Assembly (NCBI GenBank): GCA_032718475.1
Contig: JAUCBJ010001381.1
Span: forward strand, 27,577-91,576
Reading direction: 5' to 3'
DNA from: Nemertoderma westbladi
Taxonomy: Eukaryota > Animalia > Xenacoelomorpha
Length of the DNA: 64,000 bases
In this document: one piece after another, positions 23,763 through 34,600 of the stretch
Layout: every line of letters starts with the position of its first letter
Position numbering within the stretch: the first letter of the stretch is position 1
The notes under the pieces: generated by a model
Told to the model about the DNA's origin: nothing
Database searches by the model: none
Seen by the model: the letters and a program-made list of their open reading frames with translations, nothing else
Program-made: the position numbers and the translations under genes

Positions 23763-24959
23763 TGTAAAAGCCTTTGCTGAATTGCCCCGTTATTTTTATT
23801 ATTTTTACATTAAAATACTCTGTAGTTGATTTAATAGGTGTAAGAGACCGTATTATTGCTGTATCGGTGTTTTTTAGAGGATCTAAGAGCTATTTCCTCC
23901 GTATGTGTACTGTGGAAGGCATAGTTGATGATTCTATGGCAATTCCGTGACGCAAAAGGGGATAGATACTCTTGAACAGTAGTTACTATGACGACGGTTA
24001 ACAGCTGATATTCATACGTGTCGATTTTCTTTGTTCTACGGCATCTCTTAGTTCAGTCAGCCAATCAGAGCATTTTTATGGCTCTTGTACAGAAATTTCC
24101 TAGAAATCACGCAATGCATTATGGGCAGTGTTTACATTCTGTCCTGAGCCAGGAAAGAACGGCTTTGGAATATTTTGTGCTTTTCTGCTTTTAGCCTAAC
24201 ACTAGTAGGCTTAATTATAAGGACATATATCCGTTATCTTAATATCTCACTGGTTATCTCACTGCATTTATCATATCAACCAACCAAACATACATATCTT
24301 ACTTAACATTACTGCTTTGCTGTCGGTTATTCATTATATTTGTTGATGAATTATTATATTTGGAATAACGATAAATAACCCCGAAAACCCAATATTCTTG
24401 ATATACAGAAGGTAAGAGAGACAGGTTACATATAACGATTGTGACTTATGTTAAAGTGGTTTGAAGTGAATCTAATGTTATTTGATAGACCCTACATGAG
24501 TCGGTCTGTGTTCCTTTTATATGTGACTAAAATCAGTGAAGATCGGCAGATTAGTGTGCAGTATTGTGCAGCGTTGTGTATGAGCGAGACTGATAACGAA
24601 GCATTTCCTAAAGAATGCGCCATATATGTGAATTGTAACTAAGCCATATCGTTGTGAGTAGTTTAAGTCATAACTCTGTTTATATAGATAGAGCGCCACG
24701 TCCTAAAGGAACTGTTAATATTCCCCGAAGGTGAATAATATTGTCAGAGATTATATAATACTGTCCGTCGAATAATACATTAGGCTTACATAGCAATAAG
24801 ATTAAGCTGTCGAAGTCAATCTCCCGGGTATATCCAGCGGGTGAATGATCGCGCACAGATTGGTTTCAACTAGTGTAGTGAATCAAATACTTGTCAGAGG
24901 CTAAAAGCGATTTATTATCTAGAAGACATCCTAATTTGGCGGGTTAAACTGCCAAAGGT
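23763..24959. other. About 1.2-kb foreign sequence replacing ~1.2 kb of BEL pol
   Basis: Homology to copy A stops after GAGACACCT (A: ~11394) and resumes at TAATAGATTCAAATC (A: ~12620). Confidence 0.85.
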
Positions 24960-27878
24960 TAATAGATTCAAATCACAAACTAATTTTGACCAATCACGAG
25001 CCAGATTACTAGGAATGACGTCATCCCATTTCAAATTTAATTTCCAGAGTTCTTGAATTAGCATTTTAGAACGAATAGTAACCGGAACTAACCACCCATA
25101 GGGATCATATATCTTTGGAGCAGAACTAACAACATGGCGTTTTGTCAGTTTGTCAATGTCAGGAACGTCAATTTTGCGGGTTGGAAAACCTAAGGTGTCT
25201 GCATTAATATTCCAATTAATACCAAAAATCAAGGTGTCAGGTTTGTCAGTTGTAGGACCGTCACCATTCAGTCTAATAATGTTACTCAATTTCGGTGAAT
25301 TTGTGAACCATTGTCGCAAAGGAAACCCACCTTCCCTTAAAATAGCGCGACTTTGAATGTAAAAATCAATAAGTCGATCTTCGGATACCTCTGTATCCTG
25401 TAAATTGTCTACATACATATTTTGCAAAATTATTTTTGCAATAGGAGCATTACACTGTTTAAGGTGATGTTGAATAGTTGAGTTCAACAAAAATTGGCTG
25501 CAGTTTGCACCAAATAAAACCACTTTAAATCTATAAGTCAAAATTGGACTATTAAGATCAAATGGATCTTTAGGCCAAAGAAATCTAGTGACGTCACGGT
25601 CTATTTCGGCTAACCCTATTTGAAAATAAGCCTTTTCAATATCAGAAATAGCACAGAAATTATGAATACGAAAACGTAACAATAAATCATACAGTAGTTG
25701 ATTTGTAGGCGGACCAGTTAACAAACAATCATTTAAACTGACATGGTTTTTACCGCTACCAGAAGAACAATCATACACTATACGTAAAGGAGTAGTGGCG
25801 GATTGCGGTTTTTCTACACCGTGGTGTGGTATATAGTGCACCAGATTACCGCTACGAGTGATTCCATTGGATACAAAAATATCATCAACAGGAACTAATT
25901 CAATAAAATTTCTAGTTAACTGCTCATTAACTAAGTTATTGTAACAAGTTAGAAAGTCTGGGTTTCTACGTAATTTATTTAATGTAGATTCTAACCGTTT
26001 TCTACATAAACCGTAGTTTAGTGATAAATGGGCGTGGTTTTGTAACCATGGCAACCTTGTAATGTACATACCATCACTATATTCAATGCTATTATTAAAT
26101 TCAAGAATAGCGGTTTCGTGATCAAAATTGGTAGCATTCATATTAATACCTATTTCATCTAAACTCCACAAACGTTCTAAACATACAGAAACGTCATTAC
26201 ATTGGAGACATAATTCACTTGGTTTAACATTGCAATATTCAAAATTATGATTTACACTAATGCCAATGTGCATAACAGAAATAACGTTATTTTGTATACG
26301 TGTATCAGAAATCTTACCAGAATGTACATTTCCTACTATGATATTACCCAAATTGGATGGTAATACATTTACGTCATTTATAACATTATCATTGTAAACA
26401 AAATTGAAATACTGATCACTACCAATAAGTAAACAAATATTGGAAATGGAATCCCCACGGCAAGGATCCGCTAAACTAAATCCTTGTAATGTAAACCGAT
26501 CGACGATCGCGGAACGGCCCGGAGTCGACAAACGAGGCAATCTATCAACTAAAATAGCGTTTGTTTCCACGAAACCATCTGAGGTTTCAACGTTAAATGA
26601 AACTACATCGTACCATTGACACAATCCGTCACTATTAATCCCATCGATACCGATCCAAATCCGTTCCACAATAGGAAGATGTAATGATTCAGCAGCTTGG
26701 CGGAGCAATAGAGTACGTTGCGAGCCTTGATCGAAAAGCGCCCGCAACTTATAGGTACGACGATTATTATCGCTAATAACCGGAACTACGGCAGTCGGTA
26801 GTAGCGTTGAATGGTTATCGGTAACCAGAGTAGAAAAGGAGACGGAGGCAACACTTCCCTTTGAACCACTAGATGCAGTCGGTTGTCGGTTTGTGTCTCT
26901 AGAGCTAGATGCTTGGGATTGTAATAACGTGGAACCGTGAAGCACTGTATGATGGCGACTGTTACAAACGAAACAATTTTGAGTCGAACACTTCGATAAG
27001 TTCGAATGTTCCGGTTTTAAACAGTTGGTACACAGCTTTAATTCATTGACGCGCTGTGCTTTCTTATCAGGCGTTTTATATATATCGCAGAAACGAACGC
27101 TATGCTCACCCTTACACAGGAAGCATTTTATCGGCCTTATAGGTCTATTAGTGAACGTCTTCGATGATGGAGATGAGACGGAGAACGAACCGGCGGTTCC
27201 GCCTCTGACGTCTTCTGGAGAAAACCTCTTCTTGTCGACCCAACCTCCCTTTCCCTTCGAAGAAATTGTTGGCTGGGATTCTAGCGAAGTTAACTGCTCG
27301 ATCTCCTCTTGAAGAGCTTTACGTAGTTCGTCAAGGGTCCAATATGAAGTTCGAGCCGCACGATTAATGTTATCTCGGATTTTGGCGGGAAGTTTCCTCA
27401 ACAAAATTTCAGAATATACATATCCCGCCTCTTCCACATTACCACCGAGATTCCTAATGCCACGTATCTGAGCCTCGTACATAGCTCGGAACGCAGCAAG
27501 TTCCCGAGATGACGCACCCGGGGACTCCAAATCTAGAAGTAGATGTAAATGCGACCGCATAATTAATTGCGGTTTACCGAACGATTCGCGTAGTAACTGG
27601 ACAGCTTCCTCGTAATCTTCGTTCGATCTTTGGAAGTTGTCGACTAGTCTGGCAGCATCTCCGCTGAGCTGCCCTTCTAGGTAGGAAAACTTTGTCGCCC
27701 CAGCTAAATCAGAACGGCTATGAACGGCGTCGTTAAATCTATCCCAAAAGTTAGTCCAGTCGACTGGATTGCCACTGAAAACCGGAAGCTTTAATACCGG
27801 AAGCTTCTGAGTTTTATGAGGGTTTGTAGAGGACGCACCTGATGTATTATGATTGTGAGGATGTTGTGGTTCGCCCAT
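24915..27878 (-). pseudogene. BEL gag-protease-RT (copy B), truncated at the foreign insert
   Basis: 987-aa ORF with the same motifs as copy A. Confidence 0.9.
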
Positions 27879-28462
27879 ATCATCGAATTGACCATGATAA
27901 TCACCAGAATTGAAACGATTGTTGTCCTCTCTAATTCGTATGAACTTCTCACAACGTCGTATTGTGGAAGAAATTCACATATCGTCCTTGGAATTCGTTT
28001 CTATATCCGCAGCAATGACGTCAGCCTCGACAATATGAGAATATATTTCCTCGTTGACATCGTTCAACTTCGATTGTTGAACTCGAAGAGCCTCGATAAC
28101 ATCCCGGATCGTGTCGACATCCGGATCGGTTACAAACTCCCTAGTGGCTGCGTCAACATAGATTAAACCATCGAGTTGAGTCATTAGTCGAGACGCTACC
28201 GATTTGTGACCTCGTCGCTTATTTTTCAGGTGTCGTAAGGTGTCAGCATCCATGTCCATCACGCTATTACGTTGCCGTTAAATCGGGATCCGTTGACCCA
28301 ATAGGCAAGCCTGATTTGTGATTGCTGACTACTGGACTAGCAGACAAGTCTGCTACTGCTAGTGCTGCGGTAAAACGATTAGGCTCTACCGGTATTACCG
28401 GTAAGAGTTATTAAGTTGTCAGGACGACAATTTCCGGGCGAGTCCCGGGTCACCGCACCAAA

Positions 28463-28724
28463 TGTCCGGAATATTTCGGAATCCCGGACATCGAAAATAT
28501 CACAGACCGAAAGAAAACATGTATTTCTTGCTTGCTAGTATATTACTCAGTTCGTATATATATCAGTATATGATAGGATAACGTACATACATAAATGTCA
28601 GATAACACAAAACTAAAAATATAAAGAGGCTAAAAACACAGTGTACTCTACTGCCGTACTGCCTGACTGAACTACCAACTGAAAGCACCCAGCTGATCAT
28701 CCTAAATACAGTATATTTGGGACA
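28463..28724 (-). repeat. BEL LTR 3 (5' LTR of copy B)
   Basis: 262 bp; its A-rich segment diverges from LTR 1 and LTR 2. Confidence 0.95.
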
Positions 28725-29180
28725 GTGGGCGCTACGCTACTCCTATCTGCTAAGTGAGGGTAGGGGTGGGCGCTACGCTACTCCTATCTGCTACCCGAAG
28801 TTAGATGTGGGCGCTACTCCTATCTGCTACCCGAGGGTGGTGTGGGCGCTACTCCTATCTGCTACCCGAGGGTAGGGGTGGGCGCTACGCTACTCCTATC
28901 TGCTACCCGAGGGTAGGGGTGGGCGTTACTCCTATCTGCTACCCAAGGGTAGGGGTGGGTGCTACTCCTATCTGCTACCCGAGGGTAGGGGTGGGCGCTA
29001 CTCCTATCTGCTACCCGAAGGTAGGGGTGGGCGCTACTCCTATCTGCTACCTGAAGGTAGGGGTGGGCGCTACTCCTATCTGCTACCCGAGGGTAGGGGT
29101 GGGCGCTACTCCTATCTGCTACCCGAGGGTAGGGGTGGTTGCTACTCCAATCTGCTACCCGAAGGTAGGGGTGGGCGCTA
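28725..29180 (+). repeat. 36-bp G-rich minisatellite (GGGTAGGGGTGGGCGCTACTCCTATCTGCTACCCGA)n
   Basis: About 12 units, starting mid-unit at the BEL LTR. Confidence 0.95.
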
Positions 29181-31648
29181 TTTCTAACGCAAGTTTGGCT
29201 CCCAGTAATTCAACTGATCCTCTTAATAGAGTTGTATAATAGTATTGTATGTACCATTTAGTTTACTCATTTAGTTGGTGGTACAATATTACCGTGTTGG
29301 TGCACAGGTTTAGATGGTCTATGACAATATAATTTACTATTATTAGTAAAAGTCCATCTGTGTTACTTATCGGATGATTATGAAGCGAACCAGTTTCCCA
29401 GAACTCCAAGTCAGATCCCCTAAGCGCCCATCTAGAACCATCCACACAAGATCCCCTAAGCGCCCATCTAGAACCATCCACACCAGATCCCCTAAGCGCC
29501 CATCTAGAACCATCCACACCAGATCCCCTAAGCGCCATCTTGAACCATCCACACCAGATCCCCTAAGCACCCATCTAGAACCATCCACACCATATCCCCT
29601 AATCGCCCATCTAGAACCATCCACACCAGATCCCCTAAGCACCATCTAGAACCATCCACACCAGATCCCCTAAGCGCCCATATAGAACCATCCACACCAG
29701 ATCCCCTAAGCGCCATCTTGAACCATCCACACCAGATCCCCTAAGCACCCATCTAGAACCATCCACACCATATCCCCTAATCGCCCATCTAGAACCATCC
29801 ACACCAGTTCCCCTCCGCCCATCTAGAACCATCCACACCAGTTCCCCTCCGCCCATCTAGAACCATCCACACCAGATCCCCTAATCGCCCATCTAGAACC
29901 ATCCACACCAGTTCCCCTCCGCCCATCTAGAACCATCCACACCAGTTCCCCTCCGCCCATCTAGAACCATCCACACCAGATCCCCTAAGCGCCCATCTAG
30001 AACCATCCACACCAGTTCCCCTCCGTCCATCTAGAACCATCCACACCAGTTCCCCTCCGCCCATCTAGAACCATCCACACCAGATCCCCTAAGCACCATC
30101 TAGAACCAACCACACCAGATCCCCTAAGCGCCCATCTAGAACCATCCACACCAGATCCCCTAAGCGCCATCTAGAACCATTCACACCAGATCCCCTAAGC
30201 ACCCATCTAGAACCATCCACACCAGTTCCCCATCCGCCCATCTAGAACCATCCACACCAGATCCCCTAAGCGCCATCTAGAACCATCCACACCAGATCCC
30301 CTAAGCGCCATCTAGAACCAACCACACCAGATCCCCTAAGCGCCCATCTAGAACCATCCACACCAGATCCCCTAAGCGCCCATCTAGAACCATCCACACC
30401 AGATCCCCTAAGCGCCATCTTGAACCATCCACACCAGATCCCCTAAGCGCCCATCTAGAACCATCCACACCAGATCCCATCCGCCCATCTAGAACCATCC
30501 ACACCAGATCCCCTAATCGCCCATCTAGAACCATCCACACCAGTTCCCCTCCGCCCATCTAGAACCATCCACACCAGATCCCCCAAGCGCCCATCTAGAA
30601 CCATCCACACCAGATCCCCTAATCGCCCACCTAGAACCATCCACACCAGATCCCCTAAGCGCCATCGAGAACCATCCACACCAGATCCCCTAAGCGCCAT
30701 CTAGAACCATCCACACCAGATCCCCTAAGCGCCATCTTGAACCATCCACACCAGATCCCCTAAGCGCCCATCTAGAACCATCCACACCAGATCCCCTCCG
30801 CCCATCTAGAACCATCCACACCAGATCCCCTAATCGCCCATCTAGAACCATCCACACCAGTTCCCCTCCGCCCATCTAGAACCATCCACACCAGATCCCC
30901 CAAGCGCCCATCTAGAACCATCCACACCAGATCCCCTAATCGCCCACCTAGAACCATCCACACCAGATCCCCTAAGCGCCATCGAGAACCATCCACACCA
31001 GATCCCCTAAGCGCCATCTAGAACCATCCACACCAGATCCCCTAAGCACCATCTAGAACCAACCACACCAGATCCCCTAAGCGCCCATCTAGAACCATCC
31101 ACACCAGATCCCCTAATCGCCCATCTAGAACCATCCACACCAGTTCCCCTCCGCCCATCTAGAACCATCCACACCAGATCCCCCAAGCGCCCATCTAGAA
31201 CCATCCACACCAGATCCCCTAATCGCCCACCTAGAACCATCCACACCAGATCCCCTAAGCGCCATCGAGAACCATCCACACCAGATCCCCTAAGCACCAT
31301 CTAGAACCAACCACACCAGATCCCCTAAGCGCCCATCTAGAACCAACCACACCAGATCCCCTAAGCGAAATCTAGAACCATCCACACCAGATCCCCTAAG
31401 CGCCCCTCTAGAACCACCCACACCAGATCCCCTAAGCACCATCTAGAACCATCCACACCAGATCCCCCAAGCGCCCATCTAGAACCATCCACACCAGTTC
31501 CCCTCCGCCCATCTAGAACCATCCACACCAGATCCCCCAAGCGCCCATCTAGAACCATCCACACCAGATCCCCTAATCGCCCACCTAGAACCATCCACAC
31601 CAGATCCCCTAAGCGCCATCGAGAACCATCCACACCAGATCCCCTAAG

Positions 31649-34600
31649 TGTAATGTTCGCTACACAGCGAATCATGAAAGGATAAACTACCCATTCAGAT
31701 GTCTGACTAAAAGAGGGGAATCCGCTATACAGCAGTAACTTCCATGTATATTCAGAACTAAGAACAGCACATAATATATTTGAATCTCCCGCCACCATTG
31801 GATATCTTAGATCGACTATAACAACTCTCCTTTTTTAGAGATACAAATTGGATCTGAATGTCTAGACTAAATAACCTATGAATGTATTTTAAACTCAATA
31901 TACACTTATACATTATATCATAATACACTTTACACTGTATAATAATGTCCTAGTTCCTTTTTTTTTGAGATTTATTCGTGATGAATCTATATATTTCCAC
32001 CTAGTTGACTATAATCAAGACGATTGGGTTGACATTTGTCACGTGCACTTCGTCGAACACTTGGTGAGTCCAGATCGATTGTATTATCCATTGAATTGTC
32101 GCTTGAATTGTAATTCGATTGCGCCATATTGTCCGAATGATTTATTAGTTCAGCTTGGACTGGGCGGATAAATCTCCGATTCCGCCATAAGTTTCGTCCA
32201 GACGGAAAGCGTAACCGATATCTGCGATCATTGGCAGTTTCAATGACTTTAGCGATGCGATCCCATTTATTAGTTGATGTATTTTGCACTAGGACAGTGG
32301 TGTTTGTCGATATTGGCGTGAGTGCAAAAGCGGATCTGTTATAATAGTATTTCTGTTTCTCAGCTGTATCCAACCTTCGATGGTCGGATAAATCAGCACT
32401 TCTTTGCCATTCTGGCGAATAAGCACGCCAATGAGTTGGTATTAGTGTCCGCGTAGGGTGTCCGAATACACGTTGTGCCGGGGATAGGCCATCAGAATTG
32501 GGAGTGTTATATAATTCTAACATGCCAGACTGAAATTCGTGACTTTCTATGTTACCGCCGGTTTTCGCCAATAAGTATTTAGCTTTTTTGACATTTGCTT
32601 CGGCATGTCCATTTCCCTGGGGATGTTTAGGTGATGAGGGAGTCCATTTAACTCCCCAAGTCTGTAGGAATTTTGACATTGTTTCTGCAGCATATTGGGG
32701 TCCTTGATCCGTTGTTAGTGTGTTGGGTATACCAAGCATTGCAAATAAACGTCGCAATACCTTTATTGTATCGGTTGCAGAAGGTGCACTGGGAAACTTT
32801 TCGACCAATAGATATCCGGAATACCTGTCGGCATATATTATGTAATATTGTGTTGAAAGTTGGTAAAAATCAGATGAGACTGAAACAAATGCTCGTTTTG
32901 GAATGTGTGCTTGAAGAAGTGGTTCATGAGGTAATGAACTCCGATATTTCTGACATTCTAAACATTTATTTACTGTGTTGGTGATATCAGTGGAATAACC
33001 GGGCCAGTATACGGATTGACGTGCGCGTCTTTTTGTGCGGTCTATTCCTTGGTGACTTGCGTGGAGTTTACGGAGAATATCATTAACTGATGTTGGTGGA
33101 ATGACAATCTGATGTCCTTTCAATACGATACCATTTTCTATAGAAAGGTCATTGCGAATACTCTTAAACTTTTGAATGTATCCATTATTATTAGTATTTT
33201 GAAAGTTATTAGAGATTGCTGTAATAAGTTCTTGATAATTAATGTCTCTGTCGGCGCATTTACGCAAATCGTCTACTATTAAGTCAGGTATTTCGAATGC
33301 AGCTATGTTTGTATCAATTGCATGCAGTGCCGAATTTTCCATTTCTATCAGATCATCATCAATATCTGGCTCTAGAACCGGTGCTCTAGACAGTGCGTCT
33401 GGGATTGAGTGTTGTTTTCCGTGTTCCCAAACTACGGAGAAACTGTAGTCGCTTAGTCTAGATCTATAATTGAGAATGCGAGTGTTATCGATCTCTATTA
33501 ATCCATAGTTGTTGAATATTTGGACCAGAGGTTTGTGGTCTGTGATAACAGTAAATTGGGGTATACCTGCCAAATACACATGACATTTTTTGATGGCCCA
33601 TGTTATAGCTAAGGCTTCTAGTTCAATAACCGCGTATCTGGTCTCAACATCCTTCAAGAAGCGGCTTCCGCATTGAATTAATTTCTGAACTCCTGCCTGT
33701 TTTTGCAGTAGTGCAAACCCAAGTCCATTTAACCGTGATGCATCTGTTTTTAATATGGTTTCAGCGGTGGGATCGAACATTCCAAGAATTGGTGGGCTCA
33801 ATAATATTTGTTTTGTTTTTTTGAATGCTATAGAATGCTCTTCCATCCATGTAAAGTTGTTCTTTGTACTTAATAACTGGCGTAACGGAGTGGTTGCAGA
33901 CGAAATTTCTTTGCTGAATGAACCCAATTGGTTTACTAATCCTAAGAAACTACGCAGGTCTGATCTGGTAGTAGGCACTGGAAAATCTGATATTGCACTG
34001 GTTTTCCGTTGATCAATTGAAATTTCACCATAAGAAATATGATATCCTACAAAGTTGATCTGTTCTGCGCACATGATTGACTTCGATTTGTTTACTGTTA
34101 AATTATGGTATGCACACCTCTCAAGTACATTGCAAACAGTTCTGATAAGATCTGGTAGGGTTGATGTACCTATACCAATGTCGTCAATGACCTTTTGAAC
34201 ATTTATACCGGCCATAGCATGATCCCCGCGAAATGAATAACTGTCACCTGTAGACACAAATCCCATAGGTGATCTCAAGTATTTGTATTTCCCAAATGGA
34301 GTTATAAAGACAGTGAGATCTTGTGCTGCTGAATCTAATGGCATTTGCCAATAGCCTTTAACTAAATCAATTTTACTGAAAAATCTGTCATTAAGTGAAA
34401 ATCCACTGATTGCCTCGGCTGGGGTTTTGGTATGATATGCGGTTCTCTCTACCTGTGTATTTAATTTGGTTAAATCGGCACATATACGAACCTCACCATT
34501 CTGTTTTGGAGTGACCACGATGGGATGGCACCATGATGTAGGTATATCTCCTACAGGTTCTATTATTTCACGTTCTACCATGTATTCTAATGCCTTTTTG

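Larger units (their letters stand above)
22297..28724 (-). mobile_element. BEL/Pao copy B (defective, RNase H region replaced)
   Basis: Near-identical to copy A. ORFs at 22688-23760 (integrase), 24915-27878 (gag-PR-RT) and 27975-28262 (gag N-terminus ending at a CGA>TGA stop). LTR 3 at 28463-28724. Confidence 0.95.

Noticed and set aside
28805-29239. 144-aa ORF (RVGVGATPICYP)n
   Set aside because: It is a translation of the 36-bp minisatellite.
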